Assembly (NCBI GenBank): GCA_913045225.1 | Contig: CAJWPC010000001.1 | Span: forward strand, 79,128 to 143,127 | Direction: 5' to 3' | DNA length: 64,000 nucleotides | Origin: an uncultured Rhodobiaceae bacterium | GTDB lineage: Bacteria; Pseudomonadota; Alphaproteobacteria; Rhizobiales; TMED25 | Shown: positions 8,296 to 18,493 of the stretch, piece by piece | Layout: each line of letters begins with the position of its first letter | Position numbering within the stretch: the first letter of the stretch is position 1 | The notes under the pieces: model-generated | Seen by the model: only the letters and a program-made list of their open reading frames with translations | What the model was told of the DNA's origin: nothing | Databases searched by the model: none | Translations under genes and position numbers: made by a program

Positions 8296-9507
8296 TTATC
8301 TTGTGCCGAATATTATGACAGGGCGATCCTTTATTGGGTAATGTAGTACAGCTGCAAGCAAACCGAGTAAAACGGAAAACCACCACATAATGTTATAATC
8401 ACCAGTTAAGTCAAAAATCCACCCGCCCATCCACGAACTTACGAACCCACCTAATTGATGACTGAAAAATACAATTCCATATAGCATCGACATATATTTA
8501 GGTCCAAAAAAGGTTGCAACAAGACCACTTGTCAATGGGACGGTACCTAACCACAAGATACCAAGAACAAAGGTAAAAATTAATGTTGATATTACAGTGA
8601 TCGGTGTAATTATGTAGATTATAAATGCCAGAGCTCTGAGAGCATACAAAGCGACAAGTACATCATTTTTTTTGTATTTGTCACCTAAGCGACCAGCTAA
8701 TGCTACACCAAAAATATTTGCAAAACCAATCAAAGCGAGCGAAGTTGTAGCCACATTCCCCGGCAGTGACATATCTGAAATAAAAGCAGGCAGATGAGCG
8801 ACAATGAAATTCACATGAAATCCACAAATGAAAAAACCACATACTAGCAGTAGGAAGTTTTTTGATTTCAGTGCATGACTTAGTACCTCACTTAGTCTCT
8901 CACCAGCGTCATTCGTCTGGTTATTTTGGTTTCTTATTTTATCATTTTGTACCAGTCCGTAAACTAGAGGTATCATAACCAAGGAAATTGCGGCAAGTCC
9001 CAATAGAGCTCCCGACCAACCAAATGATTGAATGAAAGTGCCTGTAACGGGAACGCCTAAAAACATCCCTATTGAACCACCCATTGTTGTCAAACCTAGG
9101 GCGGTACCTCTTTTTTCAGGTGGTGCAGATTTTCCAACTGCACCTAGAATTACTGTAAAGCCCAATCCGGATAGCCCAGATCCTATAATTATTCCGCCAA
9201 GTAGTAATTCCTGAGGGGTGGCTGAATTTGATAAAATCAGAATACCACCCGAATAAAATAATGCACCTATTATAGCAACTCTTTTTAAACCAAATTTATC
9301 AGCTAGCGCCCCTGTAAATGGAGCAAGGGCTCCCCAAAGAAGATTCACAAGTCCAATTGAAAGAGCAAATGTCTCTCTTCCGATCTGCAGTGTTGTACTA
9401 ATTGGCTCCAGAAAAAGTCCAAATGATTGCCTAATACCAACTGCAATGGCAAGAATTAGGCCACCGCATATAATTTTAAATTGTAAAGGCGTCAATCCCT
9501 TAGTCAT
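8296..9507 (-). CDS. MFS transporter
   Basis: 12 TM segments; GALADKFG and GRLGDKY MFS loop motifs. Confidence 0.9.
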   Translation of the reverse strand: MTKGLTPLQFKIICGGLILAIAVGIRQSFGLFLEPISTTLQIGRETFALSIGLVNLLWGALAPFTGALADKFGLKRVAIIGALFYSGGILILSNSATPQELLLGGIIIGSGLSGLGFTVILGAVGKSAPPEKRGTALGLTTMGGSIGMFLGVPVTGTFIQSFGWSGALLGLAAISLVMIPLVYGLVQNDKIRNQNNQTNDAGERLSEVLSHALKSKNFLLLVCGFFICGFHVNFIVAHLPAFISDMSLPGNVATTSLALIGFANIFGVALAGRLGDKYKKNDVLVALYALRALAFIIYIITPITVISTLIFTFVLGILWLGTVPLTSGLVATFFGPKYMSMLYGIVFFSHQLGGFVSSWMGGWIFDLTGDYNIMWWFSVLLGLLAAVLHYPIKDRPVIIFGTR

Positions 9508-10396
9508 AAGCTCTACTCATTAAGATTTGTGTTTTAAACTTTTTAGTTTGCATGATGTAACTGCGACGATATACCTTAAGGCTCCATTTGTCATTCACTT
9601 TGTCAATATCATATTTTAAGAATGATAGTTTACCGCCGTTTGCTCGAGAGGTTGATGGGGCACCAAAGCAGGGAACATTAACCTCTTTTAGAGATATTTT
9701 TTTTTGACTTTCGGTGTGTAAGTGACCGTGTAATATCAAATTTATATTAAATCCACTGAGTATTTTAATTAATGAGTTCTTATTGAGCAGACCTTTAAAG
9801 TTCAGAAAACCGAATTCATGCAAAGGATGGTGTAATAGTAATATTATGAAATAATTATCTTTTGATAATGAATGTAATATCTCGGTTATGGTGTCTAATT
9901 GTGTTTCTGAGACACGCCCCCAAGACATTAGAGGTGGGGACGCGACAGCAGTTGAAATTCCAATGATTGCAATATCGTTAAATAATTTTAGATACGGAAA
10001 GGGTGACGCCTGAGTATTATCATGGTTATTTTCTGTGTATCGTCGCAGCATATACATTGAGTCTTCATAATTACATTTCACGTAATTATCATGGTTCCCA
10101 GGTATAATCGATAGCTTCTCTTTTGAGAAGTAACTTCCTAAGAAATCACTGGCCGACTCGAACTCACTGCGAAGTGACAAATTGACTATATCACCTGTCA
10201 AAATTGTATGGTCATCAGAATTTTTTAATATATCATCGAATATTATTTTGAGATTTTCAATGTCATGAATTTTTTTTCTGTTTGATGAATGATTAATAAA
10301 ACCAAACAATCTCTTGTTCAGTAAATCACTAAAACTCGGCTGAACTGTGATTGGAAGATGTATGTCTGAAATGTGGGATATAATCATATTATGCAC
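9500..10396 (-). CDS. Calcineurin-like metallophosphoesterase
   Basis: SDIH, TGD, PGNHD, LHHP, HGHLH metal motifs. Confidence 0.9.
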   Translation of the reverse strand: MHNMIISHISDIHLPITVQPSFSDLLNKRLFGFINHSSNRKKIHDIENLKIIFDDILKNSDDHTILTGDIVNLSLRSEFESASDFLGSYFSKEKLSIIPGNHDNYVKCNYEDSMYMLRRYTENNHDNTQASPFPYLKLFNDIAIIGISTAVASPPLMSWGRVSETQLDTITEILHSLSKDNYFIILLLHHPLHEFGFLNFKGLLNKNSLIKILSGFNINLILHGHLHTESQKKISLKEVNVPCFGAPSTSRANGGKLSFLKYDIDKVNDKWSLKVYRRSYIMQTKKFKTQILMSRAYD

Positions 10397-10419
10397 ATTT
10401 ATGTATACTTCTTTTGGTC

Positions 10420-10881
10420 CTAGCGGAATAGGTATTTTTGATGGTAATTTTCGGCTTCAAAGAAGGTCACATTTTCGTAAAGAATTGTTGAAATCGGATT
10501 ATTGTAGCGCTTTGATGTGTTGAGAGCATTAATGGCATTTTTGGCAATCTCGATGTATGGCTCATAATCCGTAAATATACAAGATCTGTATTGCGTTCCA
10601 ATGTCGACACCTTGTCTATTGATTTGAGTTGGATCATGAATATCCCAAAAGATATCTAGTAGCTTACTAAAATCAATTATATTTGTATCAAACTCAACTT
10701 TTACAACTTCAGCATGGCCCGTTTGACCTGAACAAACCTCTGCGTAGGTAGGGTTTTCTGTGGTACCGCCTGCATAGCCAACTTTTGTGCTTATGACACC
10801 GTCTGTTCTGTGGAATATCATCTCAGGATGCCAGAAACATCCTGAACCGAGTAGAACAATATTCGCATTATTTTTATCCAT
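10420..10881 (-). CDS. msrA: Peptide-methionine (S)-S-oxide reductase MsrA, short form
   Basis: GCFW, VGYAGG, GHAEVV, NRQG.DIGTQYRS, AENYHQKY. Confidence 0.93.
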   Translation of the reverse strand: MDKNNANIVLLGSGCFWHPEMIFHRTDGVISTKVGYAGGTTENPTYAEVCSGQTGHAEVVKVEFDTNIIDFSKLLDIFWDIHDPTQINRQGVDIGTQYRSCIFTDYEPYIEIAKNAINALNTSKRYNNPISTILYENVTFFEAENYHQKYLFR

Positions 10882-11856
10882 TTAATTGCCTCTATTATGC
10901 GGTTGAGTAAAATCAAATGCGGGTCCAGCTGCAACGACACCACTTGGATTTATTGTTTCATGACTGCCATAGTAATGGAGCTTACTGTACTCGTCATCGT
11001 AAGTATCAGAAATACCAGGATATTGATATAACTCTTTCGCATAATTGAACAGATTATCGTACTCCTTGATTTTTTTCTTATTACATTTAAAGTGTCCGTG
11101 ATAGACGCTATCGAATCTCAATAGTGTTGGCAATAACCTCCAGTCAGATTCTGTTATTTCATCGCCGATTAAATATTTTTGGTGGGACAATATACCATCT
11201 AACTTATCTAATCCGAGAAAAAGTGTTTCAATTGCTTCATTGTATGCTTCTTGAGTTGTTGCGAATCCAGATCTGTAAACACCATTATTTATATTTTGAT
11301 AAATATAGTCATTCATGTCGTCTATCGCAGTTCTTTTTGCTTCGGGATAATAATTACCAGGATTTGCTCCAATATCATCAAATTCTGAATTAAACATTCT
11401 AATTATATCAGCTGATTCATTGTTAACTATGGTTGATGTTTTTTTATCCCAAAGCAAGGGAACAGTTACTCTACCTGAATAGTTTTGGTCTTCTTTTAGA
11501 TATACCTCATATAAATATTTTTTATTATTCACACTATCTGCAATAACACCCTGTCCATCATCAAATGTCCATCCATGTGAACGCATTATGGCATTGACGA
11601 CAGAGATTGAAATTATATCCTCTAATCCCTTAATAGCTCGAAAAATCAGGGTTCTGTGAGCCCATGGACAAGCCCAGGATACATAAAGATGATATCTATC
11701 TTTTTCTGCTTTAAAACCATCTTTGCCCGACGGCCCTGCTGCACCATCTTTTGTTATCCAATTTCGATAAATTGATGGCTTGCGCACATAACGACCTTTT
11801 GTCTCCTTCGTGTTATGCCATTGATCGATCCATTTACCATTCTCTAATCTGCCCAT
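10882..11856 (-). CDS. yqjG: Glutathionyl-hydroquinone reductase / omega-like GST (YqjG/ECM4 family)
   Basis: YVSWACPWAHRT, RVTVPLLWD, VNNESADI, INNGVY, YYGSH..INP. Confidence 0.9.
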   Translation of the reverse strand: MGRLENGKWIDQWHNTKETKGRYVRKPSIYRNWITKDGAAGPSGKDGFKAEKDRYHLYVSWACPWAHRTLIFRAIKGLEDIISISVVNAIMRSHGWTFDDGQGVIADSVNNKKYLYEVYLKEDQNYSGRVTVPLLWDKKTSTIVNNESADIIRMFNSEFDDIGANPGNYYPEAKRTAIDDMNDYIYQNINNGVYRSGFATTQEAYNEAIETLFLGLDKLDGILSHQKYLIGDEITESDWRLLPTLLRFDSVYHGHFKCNKKKIKEYDNLFNYAKELYQYPGISDTYDDEYSKLHYYGSHETINPSGVVAAGPAFDFTQPHNRGN

Positions 11857-11965
11857 AAAGCAACATCCTTGTACAAAATAATTAGTTGTAGTATTTTTAG
11901 CATTTTTATTTTATTAATGCCATCAGAACGTTAATTATACCGCGCTATTTTAGAGTAATTTCAAT

Positions 11966-12475
11966 ATGAAGATGAATGATTCAATATTTATTCGAAAAGA
12001 GCAAGAAATAGATAACACTGAAATTAATACATTATACACTAACTCATTTGGACCAGGGCGTTACGCAAAGAGTGCTTTTCGATATCGAGAAAAATATGAT
12101 CATTTAATTGATATTTCTCAGGTACTCATTTGTCAAAATAAATTAATTGGCTCTGTTAGGTTTTGGAATATTCTCGTAAATAATAAAAAATCTTTGCTAT
12201 TGGGTCCAATCGTTATGCATCGTGATTATAGAGGACAGGGTTTTGGGAAGAGACTTTTAAAAGATAGTATTCTTAATTGTAAAAACTTGGGCCATAATTT
12301 AATAATTTTAGTTGGTGATTTATCTTATTATTCGAAAGTTGGCTTTAAACGAATTGGGCAGAGAAAGATTTTATTTGAAGGCCCTGTAAATTATGAACGC
12401 GTCTTGTATATTGAGTTTAATAAAAGTATAATTGAACATAGTACCGATATTAAAATAAACAAATTTATAGATTAA
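11966..12475 (+). CDS. GNAT family N-acetyltransferase
   Basis: SFGPGRYAKSAFRYRE, LLLGP, YRGQGFG, LVGDLSYY. Confidence 0.85.
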   Translation: MKMNDSIFIRKEQEIDNTEINTLYTNSFGPGRYAKSAFRYREKYDHLIDISQVLICQNKLIGSVRFWNILVNNKKSLLLGPIVMHRDYRGQGFGKRLLKDSILNCKNLGHNLIILVGDLSYYSKVGFKRIGQRKILFEGPVNYERVLYIEFNKSIIEHSTDIKINKFID

Positions 12476-12480
12476 AAAGA

Positions 12481-12990
12481 TTGTCTAAAACCAATAATAT
12501 TTATCAAAATAAAGATCCAAAAGCGAAGTTCCAAATTGATAGAGAATGTCGTTGGTTCTATGAGGGAACTGAGATAAAAAGGCATGCAATGGTGTGCCTA
12601 TTCTCGCGATATTTGAAACGAGATGATAATGGTGCGTATAATATTGTAACACCTTATGAGTGTGTTGCCGTTGGGGTTGAACATACTCCTTTTAAAGTAA
12701 TTAATATACAGATGAAGGGTAAGGGTGTTAAGTGTGATTTCTACATAGAGACAAATGTGAATGAGGTTATAAAAATAGAAAGAGAAGATCAGTTAAGTTA
12801 TTTAGTGGATGAAGAAAACCAAGGAATCATCCCATACATAAATATCAGAGAAAATATTGTAGCCATCTTCTCTAGATCATGCATGCTCGATTTAATAAAT
12901 TATTGTGATTATCATCCAGTAAATGGGGGGAAGACTTTTGGCTTTTGGAGCAACGGGATATTATTTCCTGTTGACATTATTAAAGATTGA
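12481..12990 (+). CDS. DUF1285 family protein (TTG start)
   Basis: IDRECRWFYEGT.I.R...V.LF, VTPYE...V.VE.TPF; usual neighbour of the CoA pyrophosphatase in alphaproteobacteria. Confidence 0.75.
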   Translation: MSKTNNIYQNKDPKAKFQIDRECRWFYEGTEIKRHAMVCLFSRYLKRDDNGAYNIVTPYECVAVGVEHTPFKVINIQMKGKGVKCDFYIETNVNEVIKIEREDQLSYLVDEENQGIIPYINIRENIVAIFSRSCMLDLINYCDYHPVNGGKTFGFWSNGILFPVDIIKD

Positions 12991-13010
12991 TTATCACATA
13001 ATAAATCTCT

Positions 13011-13607
13011 ATGAAATACTCACAAAAATTAATAAAAGACATGCCCACTTTTACCCCTCAAACATCTTTAAAGGATGATAGTACAAAATATTATTCTGTT
13101 ATTGATGGGGTTAAATATAGAAATTCTGCGGTTTTGGTTCCTTTAGTTGAAAAATCCAACGGCACAGAGATTATTCTAACTATTCGCTCCAATGATCTAC
13201 CCTCGCATGCGGGTCAAATATCTTTTCCTGGAGGAAAAGTAGACGCTGAGGATAAAAATCCAGTTGATACCGCTTACAGGGAAGCCTTTGAAGAGATAGG
13301 CTTATCTGAGAAACACATAAAGAGGCTCGGGTATTTAGATATCACAACAACCGGAACAAATTATATGATATTACCGGTGGTTGGCCTCATTGATATAGAT
13401 TTCTTGCCAAAAATAAATAGAAATGAGGTTGAGGATATCATATATCTGCCTTTAGAATTTATAGAGCATAAAAATAATTTGAAGTACGTAGATAAAGAAT
13501 TTAATGGAATTCGAAAATCGTTTTATTTATACCAATACAAAGAGTATTCTATATGGGGTGCAACTGCACGCATATTAAAAACACTATCTGAGAGGTTTTT
13601 TCAATAA
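13011..13607 (+). CDS. CoA pyrophosphatase (Nudix, NudL/PCD1-like)
   Basis: SAVLVPL, HAGQISFPGG, Nudix box TAYREAFEEIG, IWGATARIL. Confidence 0.9.
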   Translation: MKYSQKLIKDMPTFTPQTSLKDDSTKYYSVIDGVKYRNSAVLVPLVEKSNGTEIILTIRSNDLPSHAGQISFPGGKVDAEDKNPVDTAYREAFEEIGLSEKHIKRLGYLDITTTGTNYMILPVVGLIDIDFLPKINRNEVEDIIYLPLEFIEHKNNLKYVDKEFNGIRKSFYLYQYKEYSIWGATARILKTLSERFFQ

Positions 13608-13873
13608 TGGCAAGGCTAATAATATTACATCTACTAATTGTATCAATCCCATTTATATTAATGGGTCTCTTTTATATTTTTAGTGGCAGAACCAGTGAAC
13701 TTAAAAATATACCCAGAATTTATGGCTACAAATTGCTCATATTAGGTTTATCTATTTCTATAATAATTTTCTATCTAAACCCACTACTCTCAGGCATATC
13801 AAGAGATAATAACTACACACCTCCATATATAGAAGAAGGGAAAATTATTTCAGGTAATGTAAGTGAGAATTAG
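13607..13873 (+). CDS. Small membrane protein (DUF6111-like)
   Basis: Two TM helices, C-terminal YTPPYIEEGKIISG; conserved position between the CoA pyrophosphatase and cca. Confidence 0.6.
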   Translation: MARLIILHLLIVSIPFILMGLFYIFSGRTSELKNIPRIYGYKLLILGLSISIIIFYLNPLLSGISRDNNYTPPYIEEGKIISGNVSEN

Positions 13874-13882
13874 AAGTTATTT

Positions 13883-15136
13883 ATGGGAAAAATCCTACCA
13901 ATAGATAAATATAGCCGAAAAAAAATTGATGTAAGCAGCATCTTAAATAATGATGTTCGAAAGTTATATACTCAATTTTCAGAAAGTGGATTTCATTTGT
14001 TAATTGCTGGAGGCGCTGTTCGAGATCTTATTTTAAACCAGAAACCAAACGATATTGATTTTGTTACAAATGCTACACCAGATGAAGTTATTCAAAGATT
14101 TGGGAATAATAAAGAATACAGCATTATTGATCATGCAAAAAAATATGGCTGCATTACTTTCGTAAAGGGTAGTAAAAAATACGAAGTGACCTCTTTAAGG
14201 GTAGATACAAAAACCTTTGGTAGGGCCGCTAACATTGAATTTACAAATGATCTCCACAGTGATGCTATGAGGCGGGACTTCTCTTGCAATTCCCTATATT
14301 TATCATTTGACGGTACTATTTATGATCCCTTGAATGCTTACTCAGACATAGTAAGCCGTATAGTAAGATTTAATGGTGATGCACGGATGAGGATATTAGA
14401 AGACCATCTAAGAATTCTCAGATATCTCAGATTCTCATCCAGTCTCAAGGCGGTGATGAACCGTGATGAATTAGAGATATGTCTAGCAGAAAAGACCTTA
14501 TTACTCAAATTATCAAAAGAGAAAATAAAAGATGAGTTAATAAAGTTAATCCAATCAATCAAATCGCCAGATATCATAGCAAAGCTTCATCTAAGAGATT
14601 TTTTAGATCTCTTTAACCTAAAAATAAATGACTGTACTCATATACCGAAGCTTGCATCAATAAAGGAAATATTTGATGATTTTTTTCAAAATCCTCTATT
14701 TGAGCTCAGTCTAGCCCTCGATAACTCTATACCTGCAGATAGCATCTTTGATTCTCTAAGAGCGATTAAGTTTACAAATAACGAGATAAAGCAAATTAAA
14801 ATATTCTTGGAATTAATTAATCAATGTAAGACTCCAATTTCAGATAATATTGATGCTTACATTTATAAATATGGGAGGGAATTTACCAGATACGCTGTTA
14901 TCGTATCTTGGTTGATTGGGTCAAAAAATATACAAAATAAATTTCCCGTCAAATTATTGAATAGTGTAAGTGAAAAAATTATTCCTAACTTCCCCGTTCA
15001 ATCAACAGATATATTGGAATTAGGCGTGAAGCCTGGAAAAGAGGTGGGTCAAATTATCAAAAAACTTGAGAATAATTGGCTATCAAGTAATTGTCGGCTG
15101 ACTAGACGTGAACTTCTTGAAATAATAGGCACATAA
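13883..15136 (+). CDS. cca: CCA tRNA nucleotidyltransferase / poly(A) polymerase family
   Basis: GGAVRD...DIDF, EVTSLR, DAMRRDFSCN, RILEDHLRILRYLRF. Confidence 0.88.
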   Translation: MGKILPIDKYSRKKIDVSSILNNDVRKLYTQFSESGFHLLIAGGAVRDLILNQKPNDIDFVTNATPDEVIQRFGNNKEYSIIDHAKKYGCITFVKGSKKYEVTSLRVDTKTFGRAANIEFTNDLHSDAMRRDFSCNSLYLSFDGTIYDPLNAYSDIVSRIVRFNGDARMRILEDHLRILRYLRFSSSLKAVMNRDELEICLAEKTLLLKLSKEKIKDELIKLIQSIKSPDIIAKLHLRDFLDLFNLKINDCTHIPKLASIKEIFDDFFQNPLFELSLALDNSIPADSIFDSLRAIKFTNNEIKQIKIFLELINQCKTPISDNIDAYIYKYGREFTRYAVIVSWLIGSKNIQNKFPVKLLNSVSEKIIPNFPVQSTDILELGVKPGKEVGQIIKKLENNWLSSNCRLTRRELLEIIGT

Positions 15137-16009
15137 TTACCAACTGACCAACGGTGGTAATGACGATAAAATTGAGTCAATATTTCCACCGGTCTTTAAG
15201 CCAAATAATGTACCTTTGTCATACATTAAGTTAAATTCGACGTACCTACCCCTGAAATGTAATTGTTCTTGTTTTTGTTTTTCTGTCCAAGTTTTATCGA
15301 TATTGTCTTGAATAATAATTTTATAAACTTCAATAAAATTATCGCCGACTTGTTTAAGGAATGACAAATCACTGCTCGAATTCTTTGACTTGTAGTTGTC
15401 GAAAAAGATACCGCCAGTGCCTCTATTTTCATTTCTATGCTTTAAATGAAAATAAGTATCACAATTTTTTTTAAATTCATCATATTTATTGATTAATGAA
15501 TTTTCACAAGCAGACTTTAAATATTTGTGAAAAAGAACTGTATCTCTATCTTTTTCTGACCTTTTTATTTTTAGCATAGGGGTTAAATCAGCCCCACCGC
15601 CAAACCAATATTTATCTGTAACAATCATTCTAAGGTTAAGATGTGCAGAGGGTATAAAAGGACTTTGAGGATGGATAATTACTGAAATACCTGAAGCCCA
15701 AAAATCACTTTCTTTACTTTTCTGATCATTTAGTGCACCGCTTGGTAGCTGGCCATATACTGTTGACAGGTGGACTCCAGCTTTTTCAATAATAGATCCC
15801 CTCAGGATACTTGAAACACCACCACCACCTTCATTTCTGACCCACTCATTCACATGAAATGTTCTATCGGCGTTTGATGAATTTTTTTCGTATGATTCTA
15901 GGGTTTCACATAAGTTATCACGTAATGTCTTGAAAACTATTGCAGCCTCTTTCCTCAAGGATTTTGTATTATCGAGAATGTTTTCATGAATTTTTTTTTG
16001 ATATTTCAT
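15137..16009 (-). CDS. hemF: Oxygen-dependent coproporphyrinogen III oxidase
   Basis: GGGGVS, EKAGV, SAHLN.R, WFGGGADLTP, RGRYVEFNL.YD.GT.FGL. CAT at 16007-16009 and TTA at 15137 show it is on the minus strand; the ORF track strand label is wrong. Confidence 0.96.
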   Translation of the reverse strand: MKYQKKIHENILDNTKSLRKEAAIVFKTLRDNLCETLESYEKNSSNADRTFHVNEWVRNEGGGGVSSILRGSIIEKAGVHLSTVYGQLPSGALNDQKSKESDFWASGISVIIHPQSPFIPSAHLNLRMIVTDKYWFGGGADLTPMLKIKRSEKDRDTVLFHKYLKSACENSLINKYDEFKKNCDTYFHLKHRNENRGTGGIFFDNYKSKNSSSDLSFLKQVGDNFIEVYKIIIQDNIDKTWTEKQKQEQLHFRGRYVEFNLMYDKGTLFGLKTGGNIDSILSSLPPLVSW

Positions 16010-16015
16010 ATCACA

Positions 16016-16459
16016 TCAGGTTGAGATTTGTCTAATCGCTTCGCTCGTTATTATAGCGCAAGAATTTGATACGTTAAATGATCTAATGTTATTTTGCATC
16101 ATTATTCTGATTCTTATATCTGATTTTTCATGCACTGCATCTGGCACACCCGAGCTCTCTCTCCCAAAAACTATCACATCACTCGTTTTATATTCTATAT
16201 CTAGATAGGATTGACTAGCTTTTGTTGTTGCTAATAAAATCCTTTTTGACTGAGATCTAGACCATGAGTAGAATTTATCCCATGACTCGTGCCTGACTAA
16301 TTCAAGATATTCCAGATAATCCATTGCCACTCTTTTAAGTCTTTTATCATCAATCACAAAACCTGCAGGCTCAATTATGTGAAGTGTAAATCCAAAGCAC
16401 GCTGCTAGGCGAATAATTGAACCAGTATTTTGAGGAATATCTGGCTGATAGAGGGCCAC
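16016..16459 (-). CDS. trmL: tRNA (cytidine/uridine-34-2'-O)-methyltransferase
   Basis: LYQPDIPQNTG, LKRVAMDY, FGRESSGVP, RSFNVSNS (SPOUT fold). Start codon uncertain. Confidence 0.92.
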   Translation of the reverse strand: MALYQPDIPQNTGSIIRLAACFGFTLHIIEPAGFVIDDKRLKRVAMDYLEYLELVRHESWDKFYSWSRSQSKRILLATTKASQSYLDIEYKTSDVIVFGRESSGVPDAVHEKSDIRIRIMMQNNIRSFNVSNSCAIITSEAIRQIST

Positions 16460-16641
16460 AGATAATTTATTTTTCTGAATTTCTCTGTCCTGTCTGTTTA
16501 AAAATTATTAAATATTCTTATATATATAATTGAATTTTATGTTTTTGTAATTTACAACAAAAAATCAATTAATAACATGCATAAATATATAGCATTTTTT
16601 TTTAAATCAGTATAAATATATAGAGGAATTAAGAGGGCAAA

Positions 16642-17217
16642 TTGTCAGACAAAGATCCAAAGCAACCATCACGTAGAGATTTCATTTTTTTAGCCACAGG
16701 TGCCTTCGCTGCAGTAGGAGCTGCAAGCATCGCATGGCCAATAGTTGATCAAATGAATCCTGATGCGACGGCGCTTGCATTATCGAAAATTGAAGTTGAT
16801 ATCAGTCAACTTGAGAGAGGTCAAGCAATCACGGTCAAGTGGAGAGGAAAACCTGTTTTTATTCGAAGGAGAACTGAAGAAGAAATCCAGATGGCCTCAC
16901 GCGTGGACATTGATAGCTTACCTGACAATAACGCCCGAAATTATAATTTGAGCCCTGATTCAGCTGCATCAGATGAAAATAGGTCGCTCGATGAAAACGG
17001 AGAATGGCTAGTAATGGTAGGGGTTTGTACGCATCTTGGGTGCGTTCCAAAGGGTCAATCTCTGGGGGATTCTAAAGGGGATTTTGGGGGCTGGTATTGC
17101 CCTTGCCATGGTTCGCATTATGATACTGCTGGTAGAATAAGAAAAGGTCCAGCAGCTAAAAATCTTGATATACCAGCGGCAGAATTTATAAATCAAAACG
17201 TGATAAGAATAGGTTAG
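16642..17217 (+). CDS. petA: Ubiquinol-cytochrome c reductase Rieske Fe-S subunit (TTG start)
   Basis: Tat motif SRRDF; CTHLGC and CPCHGS. Confidence 0.98.
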   Translation: MSDKDPKQPSRRDFIFLATGAFAAVGAASIAWPIVDQMNPDATALALSKIEVDISQLERGQAITVKWRGKPVFIRRRTEEEIQMASRVDIDSLPDNNARNYNLSPDSAASDENRSLDENGEWLVMVGVCTHLGCVPKGQSLGDSKGDFGGWYCPCHGSHYDTAGRIRKGPAAKNLDIPAAEFINQNVIRIG

Positions 17218-17224
17218 TAATATA

Positions 17225-18484
17225 ATGAGTAAAGAATCTACATATATTCCAAAATCGGGCTTCTCGAAGTGGTTTGACCAGAGACTGCCATTACCAAGAA
17301 TGCTTCATGACAACATAAATGCATTTCCAACACCAAGAAACCTCAACTATTGGTATACTTTTGGTGGAATTTTGACATTCTGTCTCGTGACGCAAATAGT
17401 TACGGGCATAGTTCTCGCGATGCACTACACTGCCGACGCAGGACTCGCATTTGCATCTGTTGAGCACATAATGCGGAATGTAAATTATGGTTGGCTTATA
17501 AGATACATTCATGCTGTTGGAGCATCTATGTTCTTCTTAGCCGTTTATGTGCATATTTTCAGAGGTTTGTATTATGGATCATACAAAGCGCCAAGGGAAA
17601 TCCTATGGATACTAGGTGTGGTCATATATTTGTTAATGGTGATTACCGCCTTTATGGGCTATGTCTTACCTTGGGGACAAATGAGTTTCTGGGGCGCTAC
17701 TGTTATAACCAATCTATTTTCTGTGATACCGGTTGTGGGTACAACAATCACTGAATGGTTATGGGGTGGCTTTGCTGTAGATAATGCTACATTAAAAAGA
17801 TTTTTTAGTTTGCACTACTTGATGCCCTTCATGATCTTTGGTGTAGTAATTTTACACATTTGGTCACTTCATGTTACAGGTAATAATAACCCTGTTGGGG
17901 TTAGCGTCAAGGAAAAGCAGGATACAGTACCATTTGCTCCTTATTACACGGTAAAAGACGCATTTTCACTGGTTTGCTTTTTGATCTTATTTGCTTGGTT
18001 TATATTTTTTAATCCAAATATATTAGGTCACACAGACAACTATATAATGGCTGATCCATTAGTGACTCCAGCTCATATTGTGCCAGAATGGTACTTACTA
18101 CCATTTTATGCAATACTTAGAGCCATTCCATCAAAACTTGGTGGAGTATTAGTGATGGGTGCTGCAATAGCGATACTATTCATTTTGCCATGGCTTGACA
18201 CATCAAAAGTGAGGTCAGCTACCTTTAGACCATTGTACAAGCAATTTTATTGGATATTTGTAGTGAATTGCATTGCCCTTGGATATCTTGGTTCTCAGAA
18301 TCCAGAAGGTTTATTTTTAGTTGCATCCAGAATATGTACTGCATACTACTTCATACATTTTCTTCTTGTGCTTCCAATATTAGGGTTGGTTGAGAAGCCA
18401 AAGCCCATTCCCGAGAGCATAACTAAAGCTGTTCTTGAAAAAATGGAAATAAGGAATATGAAAGAAAAAAGCGCGGAGGCCTAG
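17225..18484 (+). CDS. petB: Cytochrome b
   Basis: [33 protein letters not shown]. Confidence 0.98.
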   Translation: MSKESTYIPKSGFSKWFDQRLPLPRMLHDNINAFPTPRNLNYWYTFGGILTFCLVTQIVTGIVLAMHYTADAGLAFASVEHIMRNVNYGWLIRYIHAVGASMFFLAVYVHIFRGLYYGSYKAPREILWILGVVIYLLMVITAFMGYVLPWGQMSFWGATVITNLFSVIPVVGTTITEWLWGGFAVDNATLKRFFSLHYLMPFMIFGVVILHIWSLHVTGNNNPVGVSVKEKQDTVPFAPYYTVKDAFSLVCFLILFAWFIFFNPNILGHTDNYIMADPLVTPAHIVPEWYLLPFYAILRAIPSKLGGVLVMGAAIAILFILPWLDTSKVRSATFRPLYKQFYWIFVVNCIALGYLGSQNPEGLFLVASRICTAYYFIHFLLVLPILGLVEKPKPIPESITKAVLEKMEIRNMKEKSAEA

Positions 18485-18493
18485 CTAAAATAA

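Noticed and set aside
15137-16009. ORF track lists this 290-aa ORF on the + strand
   Set aside because: The protein reads from CAT at 16007-16009 to TTA at 15137 on the reverse complement; it is hemF on the minus strand, so this is a labelling error and not a novelty.
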